Below the pieces are notes generated by a model, which ran no database searches, was not told where the DNA came from, and worked only from the letters and a program-made list of their open reading frames with translations. A program made the position numbers and the translations under genes. From an uncultured Gemmatimonadales bacterium (GTDB taxonomy: Bacteria > Gemmatimonadota > Gemmatimonadetes > Gemmatimonadales > GWC2-71-9): DNA of 64,000 bases. Shown one piece after another: positions 9,742 to 18,762 of the stretch (position 1 is its first letter; each line of letters starts with the position of its first letter). Location: assembly GCA_963779755.1 (NCBI GenBank), contig CAVZZO010000001.1, forward strand, positions 288,001 through 352,000, read 5' to 3'.

Positions 9742-10775
9742 CCATGCGTGTAACGGTCCTGGCCGGAGGGACCTCGTCGGAACGGGATGTATCGCTCGCT
9801 TCCGCCGTCCAGGTTGTTGCGGCGCTGCGGCAGTGTGGCCATCTGGTGTCGGTTGTGGACACCGCTCGCGGTTTCATACCTGAGCGGGAGGAAGCCGGGC
9901 TCCTGCGGGCCTCTGTCGGGGTTACTCCCCCCAACCCGGCGGTCCTGCGTGACCTGGAGCGGGGGGTTCTCCTGTCCAGCCTCCAGGATCTGGCGGTGGT
10001 CCGGGAGGCCGACGTGCTGTTTCTGGCACTGCACGGGGGCCGGGGGGAGGATGGCACGCTTCAGGCTTTGCTGGAGATCGTCGGGGTGCCCTATACCGGC
10101 AGCGGGCCACTGGGTAGCGGCCTCGCCATGGACAAGGACATCTCCAAGCGGCTCTTCACGCTGGCGGGGGTTCCCACGCCGGCATGGCGCATGATCCCGG
10201 TCACAGCAACGGCCGTCGCACGGGAGCTAGAATGGCCGGTAGTGGTCAAACCGTCCCGAGAAGGATCCACGGTGGGTCTTTCGGTCGTTCCAGACGAAGA
10301 CGGGCTCGAGCCGGCCATCCAGCTGGCGGCGCAGTACGATGACGAGGTCATGGTGGAAAAGTTCGTGCCCGGCAGGGAGTTGACGGTCGGTATCCTGGAC
10401 GGGGAAGCCCTCCCTGCGGGGGAGATTATCCCGCGGCACGAGATTTTCGATTATGAGTGCAAGTACACGCCCGGCATGTCCCAGGAGATCTTCCCGGCCG
10501 ACCTGCCGGCGGCGGTTCACCGGGAATGCGGCCGCCTTGCGCTGGCCGCGCATCAGGCTCTGAAACTCGGCAGCTATTCCCGGGTAGATTTCAGGTTGAC
10601 GCCCGACGGCCACCTGTTGTGCCTGGAGGCAAACACCCTGCCCGGCCTGACATCCGCCAGCCTGTTGCCGCAGGCGGCACAGGCGGCCGGCATTTCATTT
10701 CCGGAGTTGTGTCAGCGGATCTGCCGCAGCGCGCGGCGGCCGACCCGGCACCCGCAACGTAGGGGTACGGACTGA
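9738..10775 (+). CDS. ddl: D-alanine--D-alanine ligase
   Basis: GGTSSERDVS, LHGGRGEDG, MDK, VKPSREGS, FDYECKY, LEANTLPG. Confidence 0.95.
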   Translation: MTMRVTVLAGGTSSERDVSLASAVQVVAALRQCGHLVSVVDTARGFIPEREEAGLLRASVGVTPPNPAVLRDLERGVLLSSLQDLAVVREADVLFLALHGGRGEDGTLQALLEIVGVPYTGSGPLGSGLAMDKDISKRLFTLAGVPTPAWRMIPVTATAVARELEWPVVVKPSREGSTVGLSVVPDEDGLEPAIQLAAQYDDEVMVEKFVPGRELTVGILDGEALPAGEIIPRHEIFDYECKYTPGMSQEIFPADLPAAVHRECGRLALAAHQALKLGSYSRVDFRLTPDGHLLCLEANTLPGLTSASLLPQAAQAAGISFPELCQRICRSARRPTRHPQRRGTD

Positions 10776-10779
10776 TCGC

Positions 10780-11625
10780 ATGAACGGCTCGCTCTTCCCC
10801 CGGCCGACGCCATGGGTGACCAGGCTGATCGCCGCAAACGTGGTGATGCAGCTGCTGCTGGCCACCGTGTTTACGGCGCCCGGTGTGCTGGACGGGCTGC
10901 AGTTCGCTCCCGGCTCCGCCCTGACGCAGCCCTGGACGTTCGTGACCTACATGTTCGTTCATGCCGGCCTGCTCCACCTCGCCGGAAACATGCTGGCGCT
11001 GTATTTCTTCGGTACGCCGGTCGAGAGCCGCATGGGCGGCGGGGCCTTCGTGTTCTATTACCTGCTCTGCGGGGTAGGCGCGGCGGTATTCTCCCTCGCC
11101 CTTTCGGGCATCTGGCACGTCAGCCCCTTCCTGGGCGCCTCGGGCGCGGTCCTGGGCGTGGCGCTCGCCTTCGCCATCTACTGGCCCGATGCAGAAGTCT
11201 ACATCTTCCCCATCCCCTTCCCGATCCGGGCCAAGACCCTGGTGGCGGTGCTGGCGCTGGCCTCGGCGTTCTTCGGACTGGTTCTGCGGAACACCGAAGC
11301 GGGGCACATCGCGCACCTGGCCCACCTGGGCGGCATCATCTTCGGCTATCTCTACTTCCGCTTCCACGCCCTGGCCCAGCGGGCTCCGGCGGCCTCGCCG
11401 CGCCAGGTGGAGCACGTGGTCATGGTCCAGTCGCCCGCGCGCGACGCCGAGCGGGCGCCCGCCAACCAGATCCATCGGCCAGAACCGAACGACGGTGAGC
11501 TGCTGTCGGCCGAGCTGGACCGGGTGCTGGACAAGATCAGCGAACGCGGCCTGGGCGGCTTGACGCCCGAAGAGCGCCGCTTCCTGGACGAGATGGCCCG
11601 GCGAAAGCGGCGCGGCCACTCCTGA
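10780..11625 (+). CDS. Rhomboid family intramembrane serine protease with C-terminal soluble domain
   Basis: HLAGNM, GASG, AHLAHLGG; tail ELDRVLDKISERGLGGLTPEE. Confidence 0.92.
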   Translation: MNGSLFPRPTPWVTRLIAANVVMQLLLATVFTAPGVLDGLQFAPGSALTQPWTFVTYMFVHAGLLHLAGNMLALYFFGTPVESRMGGGAFVFYYLLCGVGAAVFSLALSGIWHVSPFLGASGAVLGVALAFAIYWPDAEVYIFPIPFPIRAKTLVAVLALASAFFGLVLRNTEAGHIAHLAHLGGIIFGYLYFRFHALAQRAPAASPRQVEHVVMVQSPARDAERAPANQIHRPEPNDGELLSAELDRVLDKISERGLGGLTPEERRFLDEMARRKRRGHS

Positions 11626-11675
11626 TCTCCGCTTTCCCGCTTGCGCCTGGTGCGGCCCGGTGAATATTTGGCCGC

Positions 11676-12620
11676 GTGCTGATCAATCTCCTGCCGGCAT
11701 TCCTCTCCGTTCTCGACGCCGCCGACCCTGCCGCGGCCTACCGTCAATACCTCGATAATCACGCGCCGGTCCTGCGCGCCTACTGGCACAACTACGTGAT
11801 GGACCCGGACAGCCAGCCCGCGGGAGACCTGATACGCCAGACGATCGAGGCCGACCGGTCGGATCTCTGGGCGCTCATCGCATCGAGAGATATCCCGGCA
11901 CTGGCTGAAGACGCCCTGGCGCGGGCCCAGGAGACCCTCGGCATGGACCGGCCGGTCGACTGCTACCTCATGGTCGGCATGGGAGCGGCCAATGCGGGCG
12001 AGCTGGTGGTGGCAGGACAGGGTGCGCTCTTCATCGCACTGGAGCACTTCACCGGCCGGGCCAACCCCGAGACCTTCGGCCTGGGGCTCTCTCCAGAGCT
12101 GATCCCGCTCTGGATCGCTCACGAGTGCGCTCATCTCGTGCGCTACACCTCAGCCGAAAGCCGGAGCCCGCTGCGCGAGCTGATTGCCGCCATGGGCGGC
12201 TATTACGACTACTGGGAGACGGGGAGCCGCGCCTGTCTGCGCGAGCTGCTGCTCAACGAGGGCCTGGCGGTACACGCCAGCCAGGCCGTGTGCCCGGGCC
12301 TGCCGGCGCCGGAGTACTTCGGTTACGGGCGGCGGCAATATCATCGCCTGCGCGAAATGGAAGCGTTCCTCCTCCGGACCGCTGAACCGGAGCTGGACCG
12401 GGCCGCTCTGGGACTGAGACTGCGCTATCTCTCCGGGGGGATGAGCTCGCAGGCCCGGCTGGTAGGGGGGCGGGTGCTGCCGGAGCGCTCGGGCTATTAC
12501 CTGGGCTACCGCATGGCGGAGGCGCTGGTGGCCGAGCGCGGCGTCCCGGCGGCGCTGCGGGCGGAGACGAATGAGTTCCAGAGGGCACAGGGGGTGATCG
12601 AAGACCCGCAGAGCGCCTGA
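11676..12620 (+). CDS. Putative Zn-dependent peptidase (gluzincin, DUF2268-like)
   Basis: HECAH, downstream NEGLA, and GYYLGY motifs. Confidence 0.65.
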   Translation: MLINLLPAFLSVLDAADPAAAYRQYLDNHAPVLRAYWHNYVMDPDSQPAGDLIRQTIEADRSDLWALIASRDIPALAEDALARAQETLGMDRPVDCYLMVGMGAANAGELVVAGQGALFIALEHFTGRANPETFGLGLSPELIPLWIAHECAHLVRYTSAESRSPLRELIAAMGGYYDYWETGSRACLRELLLNEGLAVHASQAVCPGLPAPEYFGYGRRQYHRLREMEAFLLRTAEPELDRAALGLRLRYLSGGMSSQARLVGGRVLPERSGYYLGYRMAEALVAERGVPAALRAETNEFQRAQGVIEDPQSA

Positions 12621-12648
12621 GAGATCTTCCCGCCGAGGCTTCGGTTGC

Positions 12649-13233
12649 TCACGGGCCGATCTCGAAGACATCGGCGTGCGTCCACCACCGGCTTTCGGGA
12701 AATCTCCTTCCCAACTCCTTCCAGTAGCGCCGCAGATAGTCCAGGTCCGCCTTGTCCCGGTAATACCCGGCGACCCCCGCCCAGTAGAGCGCCTCGGCAC
12801 TGACCGGCGCCGGCGGCTCCAGATCGGCGACCGCCCGGAAACGCTCGTGGGCCTCGGCGTTGCAGCGTCGCAGCAGTTCCACCTTCCCCAGCGCCACCTG
12901 CAGCTCGGCCAGGAAATCGCGCGGAGGCTGGTAGCCCAGGAACCGCCGGACCTCCTGTTCCCGATGATCCAGCACCACGAACCCGGGAGACCAGAGGACC
13001 CGATAACGGCGTAGCACGGGCAGCACGGCCGGGTCGCGATCGGCCAGGCTCAGCGAGACGGGCACAACCTCCCGTGAGAGGAACCGCCGGACTGCATCGT
13101 CAGGATACGTCACGGTATCCATCGCCCGGCAACCCATTCACCCGGGTGCCGTAAGGGCGATGACCATGGGGCGTTCGTCGCGCACCGCCAGCTCCCGCGC
13201 GCTCTCGAGCCGTGAATGCCAGGGGATCGTCAT
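12649..13233 (-). CDS. Candidate selenoprotein: thioredoxin-like UxxC domain + TPR-like tail (194 aa with UGA read as Sec32)
   Basis: ATG 13233 with GGAGG RBS gives MTIPWHSRLESARELAVRDERPMVIALTAPG-(TGA 13138-13140)-MGCRAMDTVTYPD, in frame with ORF 12649..13137. Confidence 0.8.
13086..13130 (-). promoter_or_regulatory. Bacterial SECIS-like hairpin
   Basis: GGATAC-CGTGAC-GTATCC stem-loop starting 18 nt after the UGA; lower stem GCCGGGC/GTCCGGC. Confidence 0.65.
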
Positions 13234-13269
13234 GGTCCGTCCTCCCTCCCGTCTTTCTCCCGCCCTTCT

Positions 13270-14592
13270 CTACTTCCCCACACAGAAGCTCGAAAACAAC
13301 CGGTCCAGCACCTGCTCGATATCTACGGTGCCGATCAGCGCGGCCAGATGCTCGGTTGCCTCGCGCACCTGATGGGCGGCGAGCACGGCGTCCCCACCCG
13401 GCTCCAGATGCGGCGCGGCGTGGTCCAGTGCCTGAGCGGCCCGTTCCAGGCCGACCCGGTGCCGCTCCCGGGTGAGCACCGGCTCGAGATCCAGATACTG
13501 CCCCGGTTCGGCGAACAGCAGCTCCACGCAGCGCCGCCGCAGCCGGTCCAGACCGTTCCCGCTCACCACGGAGACGCCGAGCTCGCCGTCCGGAACGGCG
13601 GCGAGGTCCGTCTTGGTCCGCACCAGCAGCGTCCGCGGGCCCAGCAACGCCCTCTCCGCCTCCTCGGGAGCGCGCCCGCTCTCGACGCAGAGCAGGACCA
13701 GGTCGGCGCCACCCAGAAAGCGGCGGCTCATGGCCACCCCCATCCGGTCTACTTCCTCGCTGAACTCCGCCAGCCCGGCGGTATCCACCAGCCGGACCGG
13801 CCAGCCGGAGAAATCGGTGTCACTCTCCACGGCGTCGCGCGTGGTGCCCGGCGTGGCGGACACCAGCACCCGGTCGCTCCCCAGCAGGGCGTTGAACAGC
13901 GAGGACTTGCCGGCATTGGGCCGGCCGGCGATCACCACGACGGCGCCTTCCCGTACCCGCTGGCCCGCCGGAGCGGTCCGCAACAGCCCGGCAACGCTCC
14001 CGCGGACCTCCCGCCAGGCCGCTCGCAGGCGATCGGCGGAGACCGGCCCGTCGTCCTCTTCGGGGAAATCCACGTCGTAGCTGAGGAGTGCCTGCAACTC
14101 CACCAGTTTCAGCCGCAACTCCTCCAGGCGCCGCGAGAGTCCTCCGTCGAGCTGGTGCAGGGCCAGCCTGGCCTGGGCGGGCGCGCCGGCATCGATCAGA
14201 TCCCCCACCGCCTCGGCCTGCACCAGGTCCAGCTTGCCGTTGAGAACCGCGCGGCGGGTGAACTCGCCCGGGGCGGCGGCCCGGGCACCGGCGGCCTGGA
14301 GTGCGGCCAGCACGGCTGCCGGCGCGACCGCTCCCCCATGGCAGATCAGCTCCACCATGGGCTCGCCGGTATAGCTCGCCGGGGCCCGGTAGGCCAGATA
14401 GATCCCCCGGTCGATCGCCTGGCCGGCCGGGGTGCGGAAACCGGCCAGCCGGGCCGTGCGCGGCGGGTCGGGGGAGAACCCCTCGATGACCCGCGCGGCG
14501 ACGCCGAAGGCGTCGGCGCCGGAGAGGCGCACGACCGCAAGCGCAGACCGCCCCGGCGGGGTTGCCAGGGCGGTAATCGGGTCGGAGAGCAT
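13270..14592 (-). CDS. mnmE: tRNA modification GTPase MnmE
   Basis: DPITALATPPG, GEFTRRA, GRPNAGKSSL, GTTRD, DTAG, C-terminal FCVGK. Confidence 0.97.
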   Translation of the reverse strand: MLSDPITALATPPGRSALAVVRLSGADAFGVAARVIEGFSPDPPRTARLAGFRTPAGQAIDRGIYLAYRAPASYTGEPMVELICHGGAVAPAAVLAALQAAGARAAAPGEFTRRAVLNGKLDLVQAEAVGDLIDAGAPAQARLALHQLDGGLSRRLEELRLKLVELQALLSYDVDFPEEDDGPVSADRLRAAWREVRGSVAGLLRTAPAGQRVREGAVVVIAGRPNAGKSSLFNALLGSDRVLVSATPGTTRDAVESDTDFSGWPVRLVDTAGLAEFSEEVDRMGVAMSRRFLGGADLVLLCVESGRAPEEAERALLGPRTLLVRTKTDLAAVPDGELGVSVVSGNGLDRLRRRCVELLFAEPGQYLDLEPVLTRERHRVGLERAAQALDHAAPHLEPGGDAVLAAHQVREATEHLAALIGTVDIEQVLDRLFSSFCVGK

Positions 14593-14602
14593 GGGTGGGC
14601 CT

Positions 14603-16264
14603 CTACCCCTTCGGGTTCGGCGGCTTGGGTGGCTGCTTCCGCAGCCGTTCCTGGGAGATCCACCACTGCTGGGGGATGCTCACGAGGTTGCTGACCGAAT
14701 AATACAGGTTGAGTCCCGACGCGAAGTTGGCGAACAGCACGGTCATGACGACCGGCATCGCGTAGAGCATGATCTTGGTCTGCGGGTTGGGCTGCATGCC
14801 GCGCTGGGCGATCTTGTTCAGCACGTACATGGAGACGCCCATGATGACCGGGATGATGTAGTACGGATCCCGGCCCGACAGATCGTGCAGCCAGAGGAAA
14901 GGCGTGCCGCGCAGCTCGATGGTGGAGTCGAAGACGAAGAACAGCGCGAAGAGCACCGGGAGCGGGATGAACAGCGGCAGGCATCCCCCCAGCGGATTCA
15001 CGTTGTGTTCCTTGTACAGCTTGAACATCTCCTGCTGCAGCTTCTGCGGATTCTCCTTGTATTTGTCCTGGATCGCCTTCAGTTCGGGCTGGATGGCCTG
15101 CATTGCCATGCTGGAACGCATGGCCTTCTGGTTGAGGGGCCAGAGGACGACCCGCACCACGATGCCGAAGATGATCAGCACGATGCCGTAGGCGATGTGC
15201 AGATGCTGGTGCATCCAGACCAGCGTCCAGCGAACCGCCAGCGCCACCGGACGGATGACCGTCCGGAACCCGGGCCAGCCGTAGGGGTTCACATCGTCGA
15301 AGTCGTGACCGATCTGGCCCAGCCGGGAATACTCCATCGGCCCCGCATAGGCGCTGTAATGGAACGCGCCGGCGGGCCCGATCGGCATGCTGAGCTCGAC
15401 ATCGGCCTTGGAAGGCTGCTTGCCGGCGTTGGGCGCGGGGGTGGCCGTGACGCCGGTGATCCGCGGCTGGGTGCTGTCCAGCGCGAAGATGGCGGTGACG
15501 AAGTACTTGGACTTCACCGCGACCCATTCGAACGGCCCGTCCAGGGTCTTTATTTCCCCGGCTTTGAGCTTGGAAAACGGCGTGGCCTGGGTGCCGCTGG
15601 CCTTGGTCACCACCGCGAGCGAGCGATGCAGCTGGGAGGAGTCCGCCTCGGTGTTCCGGATGCCGGGCCCGAGGCCGATCAGCAGGACGCCGCCGTTGGG
15701 GCCCAGGCCATGTACGGTGCCTTCGACATCGAAGAGGTAGCGGTCGGGCAGGAAACGGTAGGTCAGCTCGGCCGAGACGCCCTGGCGGGAGGCGGAGAGC
15801 CGCAGGGTGGCCGGCGCGGTGACGTTGAGCTGCGTCGTGGACGGCGTAAAGGTCCATCGGTCCAGCCGCAGCGTGTCCTTCCCCACCAGCAGCTTGAGCC
15901 CGAGGAGATCGCTGTCGGGGTGCAGCAACTGCACCGCCGAATCGGCCCGCCCCGGGGCCATGGAGCGGAACTGGGGCAGCACGGCACGGATCAGGCGCCC
16001 GCCCAGCGTGCTCACGTCGTACTGGTAGAGCTGGCTGCTGGCGTGGACCGTGTCGGCCGGAACGGTATCGGGCGCGCCCGGCGTGGAGACCGGAGCCGGC
16101 GCACTGACCTGCGGAGCCGGGACAGCGACCGGGACCGTCGCATTGGTGTCCGGAGCCGCCGCAGCCGGCGGCCGGACCGGACGCGACGTGGGCTTGAGCA
16201 GGAAGGTCGGTACGATCGCGATGAGCATCATCAACACGATCGCCCAGATAATACGACGGTCCAT
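14603..16264 (-). CDS. yidC: Membrane protein insertase YidC
   Basis: WVAVKSKYF, YAGP, LWPL, QPELKAIQ, NPLGGCLP, DPYY, GLNLYY. Confidence 0.97.
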   Translation of the reverse strand: MDRRIIWAIVLMMLIAIVPTFLLKPTSRPVRPPAAAAPDTNATVPVAVPAPQVSAPAPVSTPGAPDTVPADTVHASSQLYQYDVSTLGGRLIRAVLPQFRSMAPGRADSAVQLLHPDSDLLGLKLLVGKDTLRLDRWTFTPSTTQLNVTAPATLRLSASRQGVSAELTYRFLPDRYLFDVEGTVHGLGPNGGVLLIGLGPGIRNTEADSSQLHRSLAVVTKASGTQATPFSKLKAGEIKTLDGPFEWVAVKSKYFVTAIFALDSTQPRITGVTATPAPNAGKQPSKADVELSMPIGPAGAFHYSAYAGPMEYSRLGQIGHDFDDVNPYGWPGFRTVIRPVALAVRWTLVWMHQHLHIAYGIVLIIFGIVVRVVLWPLNQKAMRSSMAMQAIQPELKAIQDKYKENPQKLQQEMFKLYKEHNVNPLGGCLPLFIPLPVLFALFFVFDSTIELRGTPFLWLHDLSGRDPYYIIPVIMGVSMYVLNKIAQRGMQPNPQTKIMLYAMPVVMTVLFANFASGLNLYYSVSNLVSIPQQWWISQERLRKQPPKPPNPKG

Positions 16265-16279
16265 TTACCGGATCACAGA

Positions 16280-16543
16280 TCAGGGAACAGGGTCAACACC
16301 GCCGGGGTGCCACGGATGGCAGCGCGCCAGGCGTCGCACGCCCAGCCACCCGCCCCGCAGGACTCCGTAGCGCCGCACCGCTTCCAGCGTATACTGCGAA
16401 CAGGACGGCGTGAAGCGGCAGCTGGGGGGCAGGAGCGGCGACAGGACTACCTGATACGCCCGGATCAGCAGGGCCACCGCCCGACGCGGCAGCAGCACCA
16501 GTCGCCGCACGCTCAGCGGCCCGGCGATACGATCCGGCTCCAT
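16280..16543 (-). CDS. yidD: Membrane protein insertion efficiency factor
   Basis: [31 protein letters not shown]. Confidence 0.95.
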   Translation of the reverse strand: MEPDRIAGPLSVRRLVLLPRRAVALLIRAYQVVLSPLLPPSCRFTPSCSQYTLEAVRRYGVLRGGWLGVRRLARCHPWHPGGVDPVP

Positions 16544-16863
16544 GACTCCAGCTCATTCCGCAGCGCTCCGAATCCGGCCTGGTAGGCCGGCGGACGCGCG
16601 CGGATCACGACATCCCGGGCCGGCTGCCGGCTCTGGAGATTCCGCCGCCAGATTTCCCGCAGACGCCGGCGCAAACGATTGCGGGCCACCGCGGAGGACT
16701 GATAGCGGGGAACGATCAGTCCGATCCGAGGGTGGCCCGCCGCGTTGTCCGCCCAGATCACGTCGAGGTGCTCCGTCCGGTGCCGCCGGCCGCCAGCCAG
16801 AACCCGCCGGATGTCCGAGGCCCGCGCGAGCCGCCAGGCCCGCGGAAGCCTCTCCGGCGTCAG
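16513..16863 (-). CDS. rnpA: Ribonuclease P protein component (probable CTG start)
   Basis: [43 protein letters not shown]; lies between rpmH and yidD. Confidence 0.9.
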   Translation of the reverse strand: MTPERLPRAWRLARASDIRRVLAGGRRHRTEHLDVIWADNAAGHPRIGLIVPRYQSSAVARNRLRRRLREIWRRNLQSRQPARDVVIRARPPAYQAGFGALRNELESWSRIVSPGR

Positions 16864-17021
16864 GCGCCTCCGTGCTTCGACGGCAGCGAGATCGCGAGCC
16901 GCTTCCGGCCCTTCTTGCGGCGACGGGACAGGACCTGCCGGCCCCAGCGATCCGCCATCCGGGCTCGAAAACCATGCTTGTTGATGCGCCGCCTGTTGCG
17001 CGGCCGATACGACGGTTTCAT
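16860..17021 (-). CDS. rpmH: 50S ribosomal protein L34 (not in ORF track)
   Basis: [61 protein letters not shown]. Confidence 0.97.
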   Translation of the reverse strand: MKPSYRPRNRRRINKHGFRARMADRWGRQVLSRRRKKGRKRLAISLPSKHGGA

Positions 17022-17082
17022 GCGTTCCGTTATCCTCCCAAGAGCCCGGGAAGCTACCTACCAGACGCGGTTTCGGTCAAGG

Positions 17083-17111
17083 TTGACTTTTCCACATGGA
17101 GCCCGTACTAT
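17083..17111 (+). promoter_or_regulatory. dnaA sigma70 promoter with an overlapping DnaA box
   Basis: TTGACT-17 nt-TACTAT; TTTTCCACA at 17088-17096. Confidence 0.8.
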
Positions 17112-17151
17112 CGTGCGCCCTTGCGAAGCCTCCCACCGTCATCCGAGTACG

Positions 17152-18538
17152 ATGCAGTTGTCCGCCAAAGAGGCATGGAAGCGTATTCTGGAAGACGCAC
17201 ATCGCGAACTTCCCGAGCATACGATCCGAACCTGGCTGGAGCCCACCGAACCGATCGCGCTGGACGACGATCGGCTGGTGCTGGGCGCCCCCGATCATTT
17301 CGCCGCCGAGTGGAATGAGTCGAAGCATGCGGGGCTGCTCGCCAAGCTCGCCGAGCCGGTCCTGGGACGGCCCACCAAGGTGGTCTTCCAGGTGCAGGAA
17401 GACCGGCAGCGCCGCCCCCAGATGGATTTTTTTGTGGCCCCCCCGCCCCCGGCGGGGGGCAGGCACGGCGCAGCGCTCCCGCACGCAGCCGCTCAACGAG
17501 CGCTACACCTTTGACACGTTCGTCATCGGCAAGTCCAACGAGTTGGCCGCCGCCGCCGCCCATGCCGTAGCCCAGGCGCCGGGCAAGACCTACAATCCCC
17601 TGTTCATCTACGGCGCCACCGGGCTGGGCAAGACCCACCTGATGCAGGCGATTGCCCATGCGGTGACCGAGCGGACACCGGGGACCCAGGTGCTCTACGT
17701 AGGCGCCGAGCAGTTCATCAACGAAGTCATCGAGAGCATCCACAGCCGGACCATGCCGGAGTTCCGGCGCCGCTACCGCACGGATGTAGACCTCTTCCTG
17801 GTGGACGACGTGCATTTCCTGGAAGGCAAGGAAATGACCCAGGAGGAGTTCTTTCATACATTTAACGCGCTGTACGAGGCCAAGAAGCAGATCGTCCTGA
17901 CCTCCGACCGCCCGCCCAAGGAAATTCCCGGGCTGGAGGCGCGCCTGGTCAGCCGGTTCGAATGGGGCATGGTGGCCGATATCGGCCAGCCCGACCTGGA
18001 GCACCGGATTGCCATCCTGCGGAAGAAGCAGGAACAGGACCATCTGGAGCTGACCATTCCCGACGATGTGCTTCGCTTCATCGCGGGACACGTCCGCTCC
18101 AGCGTGCGGGAGCTCGAGGGCTGCATCATCAAGCTGCTGCTCTACGCCTCGCTGAAGCACCGGGAAGTTTCCATCGAACTGGCCCGCGAGGCGCTGGCAG
18201 ATAAGATTAGAGTGGGCGAGGATGGCGCCGGCGCCGCGTCGCGGGCGTTGCCCACGATCGACAAGGTCCAGGAGGTCGTCGCCCGCCGCTGGGGCGTCAC
18301 GCCCGAGGGACTGCGCTCAAAGGCGCGGATCAAGTCGCTGACGGTGCCGCGCCAGATCGCCATGTTCCTGGCGCGCGACCTCCTGCAGATGCAACTGGTG
18401 GAAATCGGGATGGCGTTCGGCGGCCGCGATCACTCCACTGTGATTCACAGTGTGGACAAAGTCCAGCGGCAGATGGCCCGGGATCGCGGCCTCCGCGAGC
18501 GAATCGAGCTTGCGCGACAGGAGTTGTCCGCGCCATAA
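17152..18538 (+). CDS. dnaA: Chromosomal replication initiator DnaA, frameshifted in the domain II linker (~17427-17459)
   Basis: Domain I MQLSAKEAW...TWLEP in frame 1; YTFDTFVIG, YNPLFIYG..GLGKTHL, FHTFN, RELEG, FGGRDHSTVIHS in frame 2. Confidence 0.95.
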
Positions 18539-18762
18539 TCGCCGCGGCGTATGTGTACGGCTGGGGAGATGGGGAGAACCGCAACAACGCCCCCCGCTTT
18601 TCCAGACCCGCCCACACGCCGTCGACACGGTCGGAACGAGTCAGCCGTTGCAGGGGCCGGCAGTTGGCGCTGCCGTCCACATATCCAGAGCCTCTACTAC
18701 TATTACTAGTCTTTTCTAATAGAGTATTAGTAGTTAGTTCTCGCGCCGCGCAGAGGAGCCGC
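18539..18762. other. Putative replication origin oriC (dnaA-dnaN intergenic)
   Basis: Degenerate DnaA boxes, tandem CCGTCCACA/ATATCCAGA followed by CTA-CTA-CTA-TTA-CTA trios and an AT-rich tract 18694-18740. Confidence 0.8.

Noticed and set aside
18553..18762. 70-aa N-terminal extension of DnaN
   Set aside because: Runs through oriC; the true start has an RBS and the MKFTI signature at 18763
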